Part shown: piece after piece, positions 54,324-63,866 of the stretch
Numbering within the stretch: position 1 is the first letter of the stretch
Layout: the number at the start of each line of letters is the position of its first letter
Origin: a virus
Reading direction: 5' to 3' (one strand)
IMG/VR virus record: IMGVR_UViG_3300021373_000005
DNA: 64,000 bases
The notes under the pieces: model-generated
What the model was told of the DNA's origin: nothing
Seen by the model: only the letters and a program-made list of their open reading frames with translations
Database searches by the model: none
Program-made: the position numbers and the translations under genes

Positions 54324-55768
54324 TAGTGATCCGATGGGTCGTTTCTTGCTGTTTTGTTTGATAATATAAATCGTCTATTTGGATTAATAGCAACTTTAAA
54401 CTTTGTCAATAACTTTCTATTTACCAACATCTCTGATGCTGTATCTTTTAATGATAATGCAATTTCAGCAATGTGCTTCTTATTATTAAAATATATCTCA
54501 TGTTCAATAACAGGCCTTTCATCAAATGGTTTTTGACCTCTCATTGGTTTTGAGATGTATAATAATTTGTCTTCAAACTTATATCCGTTTTTAGTCCAAG
54601 TGACTTTATTGTTTTTCACTTCCATACTATCAACGTGTAGCATACTTGCCTTTGCACTATTTCCTGTATCAAACTTTGCACGGACAGGATTCTTTTCCAT
54701 ACCTTTGAATATAATCGTTTCTATATATCCTGCTTCTTGTCTAAATACAGGTCTTCTATTGACATCTTTGGAAAAGAATTGTATAATCTTTTCTAATACT
54801 TGCTTGTCGCTTATCTTACCTTGCCTTTCTTCGGTCCAAGGATCATATCCTTCAAAGTGAGAACGAATACCAGGTGAACCATTTACTTCCAAGATATAAG
54901 GTTTGCCGTCAACCATTGCATGGTCAACTCCACAATACATTGCACCACTTGCACGAGCAGCCGCCTTAATTACATTAATTTCATTCTTTGATAAATTATA
55001 TGGTTCTGTTCTTGCACCTAAATGAACATTGTTTCTGAAGTCTTTGTTTTCTTTTTCTCGAATTCTTTCTGCTGATGCTAATATTTTACCACCAATAACA
55101 AGAGTACGAATATCAGAATTCATTTCTTTAAATTCTTGTAATAACAAATCAGCGTCGTATTTCCATAAAGCTTGACATACACCTTTGAGAGATGATTCAC
55201 TATCAACCTTCATAACACCAACACCTTGTGTACCTTTTAGTGTCTTTACAATAACAGGGTACTTGCCGCCTATTCGTTTATGTGCATCTTCAATGGATTG
55301 CTCATTTGATATAATAGATGTTTTTGGAATTGGAATATTGTTTCTTTCCATCATTAACGCATTGGACATTTTGTTATCACAAACTAACATTGAATCCAAA
55401 TCATTAACAACTAAGAAACCAATATCCTGTAAAGAAGAAACCATTGATTGGGAGGATAAAGTTTCAATGGCTCCTGCTCTAACAAAGATAATTGAGTTAT
55501 GTGTTTCTATTTCGATGTCTGTATCTTTTCCGTCAATATTACGAATCTTTACTTTACCGATTTCAATATCAGCACCGGCAATCCAAGCTTTCTTAACATC
55601 AACGAAATCATATTTAATATTACGTTTAGTACATACCTCTTCCATTAGGCCTGCGAAAGTTTTTTCACCTTCACCTGAACCTAATACAACACAATGCAAT
55701 TCCTCGTAAGAAAGAACGGAGGTTTCTTCTTCAAGGACTGCGCTTCTGTATTCAGATATAGACTTCAT
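54323..55768 (-). CDS. RimK-like ATP-grasp ligase fused to a retropepsin-like (DTG) protease domain
   Basis: CDNKM, YPVIVKTLKGTQGVGV, LLQEF, DFRNNVHLG, GVDH...LEVNGSPG; C-terminal AKFDTGN...MLVNR. Confidence 0.85.
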   Translation of the reverse strand: MKSISEYRSAVLEEETSVLSYEELHCVVLGSGEGEKTFAGLMEEVCTKRNIKYDFVDVKKAWIAGADIEIGKVKIRNIDGKDTDIEIETHNSIIFVRAGAIETLSSQSMVSSLQDIGFLVVNDLDSMLVCDNKMSNALMMERNNIPIPKTSIISNEQSIEDAHKRIGGKYPVIVKTLKGTQGVGVMKVDSESSLKGVCQALWKYDADLLLQEFKEMNSDIRTLVIGGKILASAERIREKENKDFRNNVHLGARTEPYNLSKNEINVIKAAARASGAMYCGVDHAMVDGKPYILEVNGSPGIRSHFEGYDPWTEERQGKISDKQVLEKIIQFFSKDVNRRPVFRQEAGYIETIIFKGMEKNPVRAKFDTGNSAKASMLHVDSMEVKNNKVTWTKNGYKFEDKLLYISKPMRGQKPFDERPVIEHEIYFNNKKHIAEIALSLKDTASEMLVNRKLLTKFKVAINPNRRFILSNKTARNDPSDH

Positions 55769-55788
55769 AATATTAATTTCAAAAGATT

Positions 55789-56859
55789 TTACTTCTTACG
55801 CTTATGCGCAGGAAGGCTTGCATCTAATGCAGCTTCAACTTCTTTATACTGTCTGATATATTGTAAGGATCCATATTGCACCTTATTTAATTTAGCAAGT
55901 TCTCTTTTGACCTTTGGGTCTTTAGATTGCTTCATATCAGGTAAACCGTATCTTGCATTCAATTCATTAAGAGTATCACCTTCTTGTTCAAAATGAGCAT
56001 TAAGAACAATATCAATAAAGTCTTCAGCATCGTCTTTGCTTCGAACTTCACCGTTATCCATTGCCCAAGCTAATAGTTCGTCTTCAACATTTTTAGGTAA
56101 ATCTTTACGACCTTTTTGGAATGCATCAATATCTCTTTTATGTTTCTTAACTAATTTGCGCCAATCGGTTGCACGCAATCCAAACATAGATTCGAGTTCT
56201 CTCATACCTTCAAGTAATTCAGGAAAAAGATCTTTAATATCTTCATCGTCCATTGCGTATGCATCACCTTGTAAGAACTTAACAATATCGCCTTTCTTAC
56301 CAGTAACGTCAGCCATTTGACGACCTGTCTTTTTAATTTTGATATTGTATTCTCTTTGCGATTGGTTAATATCAGATGAACTTCCAATGTAGTCAATATC
56401 AATCGTAGTTGTTTTATTTGGACTTCTTAATCTTAATCTTTCGGCCAATACAGATTCGTCCAAACTAATTGTAACTTCTTCGTTAACGTCATCTTTTGTA
56501 AATACGTACTTACCGCCTTTCATTTTCATAGTTGATAATTGTCTAACATCAACCGTATCATTCTTAAGTCTTGGATGTTGCTTACGGAATTGTTTTACTG
56601 CATCCTGTTGGTCTTTGGCTGTTATCTTTTGAATAAGATCTTTACCTTGAGGACCTGCTTTATCAACTTTAATTACAAATTCTTTTTCTTGTAATTCAAC
56701 TGACTCGTTGTGCGGGTAACCTTTTAATGGTTCCTTTTCTGGAACAAGCTGGGCTTTAATCTTTTCATATGCTAACTTAGCAAGCTTTTCTCTAAATTCT
56801 TTTGTGCGACCATCAATAACTTTTTTGATTTCCGCATCCATTCTTTCTTTTCTATCCAC
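55789..56859 (-). CDS. Glu/Lys-rich multi-module late protein
   Basis: DGRTKEFREKLAKLAY and modules separated by V/L-x-E-E or L-x-E sites. Confidence 0.7.
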   Translation of the reverse strand: MDRKERMDAEIKKVIDGRTKEFREKLAKLAYEKIKAQLVPEKEPLKGYPHNESVELQEKEFVIKVDKAGPQGKDLIQKITAKDQQDAVKQFRKQHPRLKNDTVDVRQLSTMKMKGGKYVFTKDDVNEEVTISLDESVLAERLRLRSPNKTTTIDIDYIGSSSDINQSQREYNIKIKKTGRQMADVTGKKGDIVKFLQGDAYAMDDEDIKDLFPELLEGMRELESMFGLRATDWRKLVKKHKRDIDAFQKGRKDLPKNVEDELLAWAMDNGEVRSKDDAEDFIDIVLNAHFEQEGDTLNELNARYGLPDMKQSKDPKVKRELAKLNKVQYGSLQYIRQYKEVEAALDASLPAHKRKK

Positions 56860-56860
56860 G

Positions 56861-57307
56861 TTATCCTCCGAATTCGTGTCCTGCGACTCTCTTCATTTGT
56901 TTCTTAAACTCAGCAAAGTCAGGTTTATTTTTATATAATTTGATTGATAGATGGTCTTTATCCTTGCCTTTAATACGCCAATTATAACCATCATTTTTAT
57001 GTTCAGGTTTTGTTGTCTTTACGACGCGTCTTTTGAATCCATCTTCCCACGATTCGGATCCTTCAGTAACTTGCTCATGTAAACCATCAGTTGCTTTTAA
57101 CCATTTCACAAGGTTATTGGTATTGCCACCATCGTCAACACTTAAGTAATAATAGTTACTTTGAGTTTCACTATCTGTTTTTAATTTAAAACTTTTAGCT
57201 AGTTTTTCTGCCTTATCAAGGTTTACTGCTTTATCAAACACAAACCTATGAGTCATTTCAGATACTGTTTCATCAATAGATTCCAAAAAGTCCCTGAAAG
57301 TTTTCAT
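56861..57307 (-). CDS. Putative internal head protein
   Basis: N-terminus MKTFRDFLESIDE; C-terminal ESWEDGFKRRVVKTTKPEH module. Confidence 0.65.
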   Translation of the reverse strand: MKTFRDFLESIDETVSEMTHRFVFDKAVNLDKAEKLAKSFKLKTDSETQSNYYYLSVDDGGNTNNLVKWLKATDGLHEQVTEGSESWEDGFKRRVVKTTKPEHKNDGYNWRIKGKDKDHLSIKLYKNKPDFAEFKKQMKRVAGHEFGG

Positions 57308-57777
57308 TATACTAATTTAACTCCGTAAACAAATCCTTTACCGTTTGCCATATTTCTCATATGAGCTTCGGCATAATATTCATCAATAGGATCTCTGCCT
57401 GGGAAATCATCAGTACTATCAAACTTTTTGAAATTGTCTGCTGTTATTTTTGAATATTTTGTTCTATCTTTTGCTGTTCTTGATGCTTCTCTAAACATCA
57501 TTTTTACATCACTGTCAGAGTAACCTGATTCATCTTCATCAAAAGTATATATGGCAATATCGCCTTTATAAGTTACTTCTGCAGAATCAGTATCAATATC
57601 AAGTAAAGCACCTAGATTATATCCAATGCTATCTAAAGCCATTTGGTCAAACTTTTGGAGGTTGCCACGAAAGCCTTTTACTTGAACGGAAATATTAGTA
57701 CCGCGTGGTCCTACTTCCATTAATTTTCTAGTTTCATTATTTCTTACTTCGGCTAACGCCTCTCTTAGTGTTTTCAT
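57307..57777 (-). CDS. Putative internal head protein
   Basis: N-terminus MKTLREALAE; TAATG coupling. Confidence 0.6.
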   Translation of the reverse strand: MKTLREALAEVRNNETRKLMEVGPRGTNISVQVKGFRGNLQKFDQMALDSIGYNLGALLDIDTDSAEVTYKGDIAIYTFDEDESGYSDSDVKMMFREASRTAKDRTKYSKITADNFKKFDSTDDFPGRDPIDEYYAEAHMRNMANGKGFVYGVKLV

Positions 57778-58742
57778 TATAGTCTTACCTTACTCATAAA
57801 TTTTTGGAATCTAAGTAAGTCTTCTTTACCGATAAAGATATCTCCGTCTCTTACATTCACAAAGTTAATTGAATATAATCCGCTTGGATATTTTAGAATC
57901 TCAAATTTAGAATCACCTACAATTCTTTCGCCTTTACCAGGTCTTGAGAAACTTACTTCTTCTATAGATTCTTGAAAGTCAACATCTTCATCAAACATAC
58001 CTGATGCTTTCATCATGGCAAGTGCGTCTTTCTTTGCCTTATCAGCATTCTGTTTGTTAATCTTTTCAACCGCTTTCTTAATCATAGCAAGTCTTTTCTT
58101 TTTATCTCTTTCAGACATTGCTTCTTGAACTACCTCAGTACCTTCTGCGATTAGTTTACTAACAGTCATGCCGCTTTTAAGATTACCTTTGCTATCTGTT
58201 GCCTTAGGATACATTTTAGCAATTAAGGCATTATAGCCTACAAGTACATTTAATATATCAGCTTGGATTTCCTCTGTTGAAATACCTTTAATTACTTTCT
58301 TAACTGCACCAAGATTACCTTGGTTAAGAGCACGTGCTACTGCTTGATAGTCTTTCTTATCTTGACCTGTTTCTTTTTGGGAAAGTCTTGCCATATTCTT
58401 TTGAGCAAGATCTAAATCCTGAGCATAGTTTTCTTCTTGTACCTCGTCTTTAAGACCACCCATCATTTTGCCATACATATTCTTTTTAGCAGAACTATGA
58501 GACATGCTTGAACGTGATTTACCTGAAGCTTTGCGTTCACGTTCTTTATCCTTTTTGATTTCGGCGGCAGTAGGTTTGCGATACGCTTCGTCTATACCTT
58601 GTAATACGTCCTTAAAAGTTTTCATCTTTTTTCCTTTAGTAATCTCTTGTCCTGGAGTGTCCTTTTGTAATCTTGCTCGAGCCTTATCAGTTCCCCAATC
58701 ACCAGCCCCACCAGTTTCGTTTAATTTATTTATACTATCCAT
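57777..58742 (-). CDS. Multi-module late protein with internal MKTFKDVL start
   Basis: NETGGAGDWGTD module, then SD-preceded ATG at 58625. Confidence 0.7.
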   Translation of the reverse strand: MDSINKLNETGGAGDWGTDKARARLQKDTPGQEITKGKKMKTFKDVLQGIDEAYRKPTAAEIKKDKERERKASGKSRSSMSHSSAKKNMYGKMMGGLKDEVQEENYAQDLDLAQKNMARLSQKETGQDKKDYQAVARALNQGNLGAVKKVIKGISTEEIQADILNVLVGYNALIAKMYPKATDSKGNLKSGMTVSKLIAEGTEVVQEAMSERDKKKRLAMIKKAVEKINKQNADKAKKDALAMMKASGMFDEDVDFQESIEEVSFSRPGKGERIVGDSKFEILKYPSGLYSINFVNVRDGDIFIGKEDLLRFQKFMSKVRL

Positions 58743-60518
58743 TTATTTAACTTTATCAGCCAAGTCTTTATCAGCTTTACCCCAAGTGCCTGGTGATTTT
58801 GTTGCGAAACTATTCACTCTTGCCAATCCCCACTGAACAGGAGTTGTACCAGGTCTGTGACCTGTTCTCCATGCAGCAACACCTCTATCAAATACTTTCT
58901 TTAATATTGCGTAAGGCATTCCACTCTTTTCTGCTTTATCTTTTAAAGATTTTTCAGGATTTGATTTTTCACTAACGAATTCTACTTGCTCAATTAAACT
59001 TTCCAATTCACGGATTCTTTGTTCTGTTATTTCAGCTTCGACTTCGGCTCTTGATTTTTCTACGGCTTCTATTTCCTTTGCCTTTCCATACATTTTAAAT
59101 CTATAGTCAAAGTTAACTGTATTATCTTGTCTTAATAATTGATGAGGTCTTTTTAAACCTGCACGTTCTAAATTACTTTTAACTGCTTCACCAAACATTT
59201 TCTTAAATTTATTTGAATGCTTAGATGGTTTTGTTTCGGCAGTTGCATCACCAGGAGCAGGTTCATATGCTTTTGGATTATCATCATCCATTTTTGATTG
59301 CTTTGCGAATTGCGCTTGACGCTTATCTTTTGTTGAATTACCTAAACCTTTATAGTATCCAGGTGATTGCTTTTGTTTCTTTGATTCTTTATCGTCTTCT
59401 TTTTGTAAACGTTCTTGGATAGAAGCTGCTCGATATAAATCTGGATTAACTTCTTCATTTGCATGTCTTAATGCTTTTTGAACTTCAGGATGTTTGGAAA
59501 GGTTTCTTTTGAGTTTATCAATTTCTTTCACTGCGTAATTCATATTGCCTGAAAGGTCTAATGCTAATTCAATTCCTAACTTAACTTTGTCGTCTCGATT
59601 GGCTGCAGACTTTGCTCTAGGATTATTTTTATAATATTGAGCAACTTCAGCACCTGTTAATTTTGTCTTACCCATAGGTGATAAAGGATCTACTTTACCA
59701 TCCTTTACTCTTTCAGCAAGGAATTGGTCCACATTATAATTTAATTCTTCGTTAATACGTAATCCTTTACGAACATCGTTAAATAAAGATTTAATAAGGT
59801 TTTCGTTTCTTGTAGGTACACCTTTTTTGAAACTTGCATAATCGTTATCTGCAGCATATGCTCTCATCTTACTTGCTGACATTCCTGAAACATCATCCAT
59901 GTCAGGATCTCTATCACCTGCAGATACAACTTCAATAGAATCAAAAGTATAATCTTTTCCGTTATATTTTTGTAAGAGAGTATTAAATTCGCCTATGCGA
60001 TCTGAACCTACAACCACGACGAGCCTTGAATAACTTTTCTGTAATTCTTTTGCTACTTCGATGATTGTCCTTGCATTAGATTTTACAACATACTTCCGGC
60101 CGAACAGGGATTGTCCATATTTTAATTTTTGGTCGTATGTTAAAGGATTTTTCTTTGCATCTTGTGTTTTTGAAAGGTATACTAGCGGGGTACCTTTTTC
60201 ATCAATGGCAACAGAAATAATTTTATTTACAAGTTTTTCATGGCCTACCGTCGGAGGGTTCATTCTACCAAATGTGATAACTGCGGTTCCTGAAACAGCC
60301 TCTTTGATTGTAGGTTCGGTATCGACATATTTGTCTGCGTCAAAAGATTTTGATGAGTCCTTTTTAACAATACCTTTACCGGTATCTTGGTCTTTCTTTT
60401 TATCTTTACGCTTTTTAATATCTTTATTATCAGTGTCTTTGATATTATCAAGGTCTCTTTGGTCATCAACAGATGCCGCTGATGGCGATGTCGTATCTTT
60501 TTCTAATAAGCTTGACAT
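58743..60518 (-). CDS. Cytidylyltransferase-like (HxGH) domain polyprotein
   Basis: AVITFGRMNPPTVGHEKL, VVVVGSDR, VSAGDRDPD...MSASKMR; C-terminal modules YYKGL...AYEPAPGD and GVAAWRTGHRPGTTPVQWGLARVNSF. Confidence 0.8.
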   Translation of the reverse strand: MSSLLEKDTTSPSAASVDDQRDLDNIKDTDNKDIKKRKDKKKDQDTGKGIVKKDSSKSFDADKYVDTEPTIKEAVSGTAVITFGRMNPPTVGHEKLVNKIISVAIDEKGTPLVYLSKTQDAKKNPLTYDQKLKYGQSLFGRKYVVKSNARTIIEVAKELQKSYSRLVVVVGSDRIGEFNTLLQKYNGKDYTFDSIEVVSAGDRDPDMDDVSGMSASKMRAYAADNDYASFKKGVPTRNENLIKSLFNDVRKGLRINEELNYNVDQFLAERVKDGKVDPLSPMGKTKLTGAEVAQYYKNNPRAKSAANRDDKVKLGIELALDLSGNMNYAVKEIDKLKRNLSKHPEVQKALRHANEEVNPDLYRAASIQERLQKEDDKESKKQKQSPGYYKGLGNSTKDKRQAQFAKQSKMDDDNPKAYEPAPGDATAETKPSKHSNKFKKMFGEAVKSNLERAGLKRPHQLLRQDNTVNFDYRFKMYGKAKEIEAVEKSRAEVEAEITEQRIRELESLIEQVEFVSEKSNPEKSLKDKAEKSGMPYAILKKVFDRGVAAWRTGHRPGTTPVQWGLARVNSFATKSPGTWGKADKDLADKVK

Positions 60519-60551
60519 TAATATTTTCCTAAATTTAATTTGCTAGTACTT

Positions 60552-61238
60552 TTATTTATAATATTTTGCGAATGTGTCAATAAATTTATAGTTTCTGTTC
60601 GCAGATTGACTCCAAATCGTAGATTCTCTTAAATATCCTATAGCAGGTGTTGGTGACATAATTGCTAAAGGTACCTTTGTTCTGCGTTGTCCTTTAATGA
60701 AATACGCATTATCAACAGCACCTAATATACCGCGTCTTTCTATTTCTGTTATAAGTCTCTTTGCTGTTAATTTTGTCATCATATATGCATGAGCGCCTTC
60801 GTGCCCAGCAACAGGTATTAATTCTCTAGGTTCGTTCTTGGCATCTAAAAATCTATAATCATGATAGTTAGGTAATTTATAACCAAGCGCAACGATTAAG
60901 TTATCAGGTACATGTATATCTGGCTTATAATACATTATTGCATCATGTTCTAATACAATACCAACTTCATCATCACCATCAGCAATCTTTTTCCATATTG
61001 CTCCATGTCCAGCTGAACAAATGTTTGCCTTTTGATGTTGGTTTGGATTATCAATCTCCATCATAGGTTCGTAAAACTTCATACGAATACCAGTTTCACA
61101 CCAAGCCATACGACCTGTGCAATTAGACCAACCATCAAAATATTCCCAATTCAAATCAATCACATCACAAGTTTCAGCACACATCTTTGCGTACTCGTGA
61201 GACTTCGGATCATCATGTCTTAGGATATATGCTTTCAC
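60552..61238 (-). CDS. GT25-like glycosyltransferase
   Basis: ICSAGHGAIWKKI, IVLEHDA, GAHAYMMT. Confidence 0.7.
   Translation of the reverse strand: MKAYILRHDDPKSHEYAKMCAETCDVIDLNWEYFDGWSNCTGRMAWCETGIRMKFYEPMMEIDNPNQHQKANICSAGHGAIWKKIADGDDEVGIVLEHDAIMYYKPDIHVPDNLIVALGYKLPNYHDYRFLDAKNEPRELIPVAGHEGAHAYMMTKLTAKRLITEIERRGILGAVDNAYFIKGQRRTKVPLAIMSPTPAIGYLRESTIWSQSANRNYKFIDTFAKYYK
60553..60560 (-). promoter_or_regulatory. T4-type late promoter TATAAATA
   Basis: Exact motif upstream of 60518. Confidence 0.75.
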
Positions 61239-61894
61239 TTTGTTAATTCTTCATATGTTTCAAAATCTAATTTAAAATGATTACGTAAACTATTCATTAC
61301 TTCATCATCAAATTCAATCTCTGCGTGACGGTCTTTTCTAAATCCTGACTTATGTCTTGGCATTGGATGTTTTACTTCTATATTTAAATCTTCCATCAAT
61401 TTGTTAAGTTCTGTTTCTAAATTTTCGTATAACCAAAACTCACCACGTAATTTACCTTCATACATTAATAAATCTGTTTGTTTAAGCATTGTATTATATT
61501 CACGTCTTAACGAATATCCGTCAGGCGAAAATGATTTGTATTCTTCAAGAGTAGCAACTGTATTTGGTGCCCACCACTTTTTCATAAAATAATAAAAACT
61601 TTTTTGTCTATCTACAGGATTTCTTAATACACTAATACAACGATAGTTCATTATAATATCAGGTGTAATTACTCCTTCACGAATTAAATCATTTAAGCTA
61701 AAATGAAAATATTTAAAAGGACGATTACGATTTACAATATGTTCGTTTAAAGTACCAGGAATTCCTGTATCATCAATCTCTGTATAGATTGCATCAGGGT
61801 CATCAACATTTTTAATTAAAAATTCAGATAAACTACTACTGCCTGTCTTTGGCGTTCTTAATACTAAAATTTTATACTTCTTTGATAAGTACAT
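61235..61894 (-). CDS. Sulfotransferase-family protein
   Basis: LRTPKTGSSSL (5'-PSB loop), SVLRNPVDRQKSFYY (3'-PB motif), LYENL. Confidence 0.8.
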   Translation of the reverse strand: MYLSKKYKILVLRTPKTGSSSLSEFLIKNVDDPDAIYTEIDDTGIPGTLNEHIVNRNRPFKYFHFSLNDLIREGVITPDIIMNYRCISVLRNPVDRQKSFYYFMKKWWAPNTVATLEEYKSFSPDGYSLRREYNTMLKQTDLLMYEGKLRGEFWLYENLETELNKLMEDLNIEVKHPMPRHKSGFRKDRHAEIEFDDEVMNSLRNHFKLDFETYEELTK

Positions 61895-62557
61895 TTACAC
61901 TCCTTGCGAATAATCTTTTAACCACGGCATTCCACCATCAAGCGCAGTTGAACCCCAATGTTGTTCTGCATAAACTTTATCAGGTCCTACATATCTTGGA
62001 TAACCTTGCCTATACCATTGAGGTATGAAATAATGTGATGGAAAAATATGTAGCTTGTCTCTATTAAAATCTAATAACCTTGCTAGGAAAAAGTTTCCTG
62101 TTGATTCATGAGGCTTTTCGTGTAATTGTGCTGGTCTTAATTGGTGTAAGTTTCTTAGAATCATATCCAAGAATTTATTACCTGGGTTTGCTGCCATGAT
62201 TGGTGATATTGATTTTGGTAATACTCTTTCACATTCATATACAGTATAAGCTAACTTTGGGTCTTGAACAAATAACTCAGATACATCGTGTAAACATTCT
62301 GAATCTGCTTCAGGCCAAAATCCACCTCTCTCATAAATTAACTCATAACGAATTAAATCAGCAACACCTGCCCAAGTACCTCTTCGATAATATTCTTCTA
62401 TTAAATGTTGATTATACCATTTACGATTGTGTAGCATTTCATCGGTGAATATACTATATTCCCAATCTGGCATTTTCTCTTTCCAAGTATTCATCCACTT
62501 TAATGGAGGATCTTTAGGACCAATCCATATATGGGTCATCTTCTTTTCAATATTCAT
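61895..62557 (-). CDS. GT32-like (DxD sugar-binding) glycosyltransferase
   Basis: HIWIG, WEYSIFTD, ADLIRYELIYERGGFWPEADSEC, AEQHWGST; start reassigned to ATG 62557. Confidence 0.8.
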   Translation of the reverse strand: MNIEKKMTHIWIGPKDPPLKWMNTWKEKMPDWEYSIFTDEMLHNRKWYNQHLIEEYYRRGTWAGVADLIRYELIYERGGFWPEADSECLHDVSELFVQDPKLAYTVYECERVLPKSISPIMAANPGNKFLDMILRNLHQLRPAQLHEKPHESTGNFFLARLLDFNRDKLHIFPSHYFIPQWYRQGYPRYVGPDKVYAEQHWGSTALDGGMPWLKDYSQGV

Positions 62558-62726
62558 AACGCCACGTCCAAGCACCTGCACCTATATAACTATCTCTTAC
62601 ATAGCCTGCTAATTCCATCGCAAGATCTTCGTCAATACCTTTTTCCTGAGCCCACTTTACAATATAGTAAGTTCTGAGTTTAGGGTCTATGTCTTTAAAT
62701 TTTTCTACAATCTTTTCAATATTCAT
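62547..62726 (-). CDS. 59-aa hypothetical protein
   Basis: Manually read MNIEKIVEKFKDIDPKLRTYYIVKWAQEKG...; coupled on both sides. Confidence 0.5.
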   Translation of the reverse strand: MNIEKIVEKFKDIDPKLRTYYIVKWAQEKGIDEDLAMELAGYVRDSYIGAGAWTWRYEY

Positions 62727-63256
62727 AATCGCTGTATATACCTCATTGCCGCTCGAGCGTTATCTTCGGACTGTAATTTTATATATTGAATATCCAGAGT
62801 TTCAAATTGATTCACAATAGCAGCATCAATTTCTAATGATTCTTCAAGATCTTGTGCACGACCTTTTTGTTCAAAATCACCTTGACGACCTAACATAAAA
62901 TTAATATTTGTCTTATATAAATTATAACACTCTAAAGCCATCTTGTCAATTATATCTGAATATAAACTTTCACCATAACGACCGCGATATATTGGACTTA
63001 ACAAGACAGGACTATCAGTAATAATATAATCTACTTTATCAGCTAATCGTAATATCTTTCTATGTTGATGTCCAAGAACCCAGAGTTGGTCTTGAAGCAT
63101 TGGAATGTTACCTTCCCAAACACATTCTTTAGCAAACTCATCTGTCAGTTCAACATTATAGCCTGCGATTTTCATATTGTAAAACAATCCTGCGGCAGCA
63201 GTAGATTTACCTGAACCCGGTCCTCCGTAGAAATTAATGACCGTCACGTTTTTCAT
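62723..63256 (-). CDS. P-loop kinase (NadR/AAA_28-like)
   Basis: INFYGGPGSGKST, ITDSPVLL, GRAQDLEES. Confidence 0.8.
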   Translation of the reverse strand: MKNVTVINFYGGPGSGKSTAAAGLFYNMKIAGYNVELTDEFAKECVWEGNIPMLQDQLWVLGHQHRKILRLADKVDYIITDSPVLLSPIYRGRYGESLYSDIIDKMALECYNLYKTNINFMLGRQGDFEQKGRAQDLEESLEIDAAIVNQFETLDIQYIKLQSEDNARAAMRYIQRL

Positions 63257-63258
63257 TA

Positions 63259-63852
63259 TCAGTTTCCTTTTATTACAAATCGTTCCTGCGAAAAATATTT
63301 CTGCTTTGCATATTCTTCTTCAAATTTAAAGTTATGTCGATAAAAAGAATCATACCTTTGATTATCAACACTATTATGTTCGTGTGAAAAAGTTTTTGTT
63401 CTTTTAAAATCCATTCCATATACTGTTACCCATCTAGGATTATATTCGTTAAGTAAATATAATAATATGGATCCTGCTGAAGGATTACCTAATTCTTTTT
63501 TACACCTTTTCTTTATATCAGCACCAAACACTACATCGTCTAACTCAAACGCTCTATCTGCATTTGCTCCTAATAAGTTAAGTTTATGATATTTGCCTGA
63601 AGAAAAGAACTCGTCGGTTCTTGGTCCTCGGTATTGTTTTTGAGAAGTGATAAATTTTAGAACATCCCAGAATGCCCATATAGTATTCCGAGAGCCATGA
63701 GAATGGCGGTTATTATCGTAATAAATTGCCGTGTCGTTAATTCTTATAACAACGTCGTGATCATCTATTTCACTTCCGTATTGATAATCAAACAAACTTT
63801 GGCTGTTTCCAACCAAGGCGACTGTCTTTTTATCAATAAGATCTTTCATCAT
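63259..63852 (-). CDS. GT29 (sialyltransferase-fold)-like protein
   Basis: VALVGNS...GSEIDDHDVVIRIN (sialylmotif-L-like), PSAG, VYGMDF. Confidence 0.75.
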   Translation of the reverse strand: MMKDLIDKKTVALVGNSQSLFDYQYGSEIDDHDVVIRINDTAIYYDNNRHSHGSRNTIWAFWDVLKFITSQKQYRGPRTDEFFSSGKYHKLNLLGANADRAFELDDVVFGADIKKRCKKELGNPSAGSILLYLLNEYNPRWVTVYGMDFKRTKTFSHEHNSVDNQRYDSFYRHNFKFEEEYAKQKYFSQERFVIKGN

Positions 63853-63866
63853 AAACCATAATGTAT

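Noticed and set aside
533-60546. Many ORF-track entries antisense to or out of frame within recognised genes (e.g. 1394-1933 -, 3221-3493 -, 13385-13627 -, 32958-33329 +, 49644-50069 +, 55185-55709 +, 60061-60546 +)
   Set aside because: Shadow ORFs overlapping genes with clear family motifs; no SD, promoter or recognisable domain
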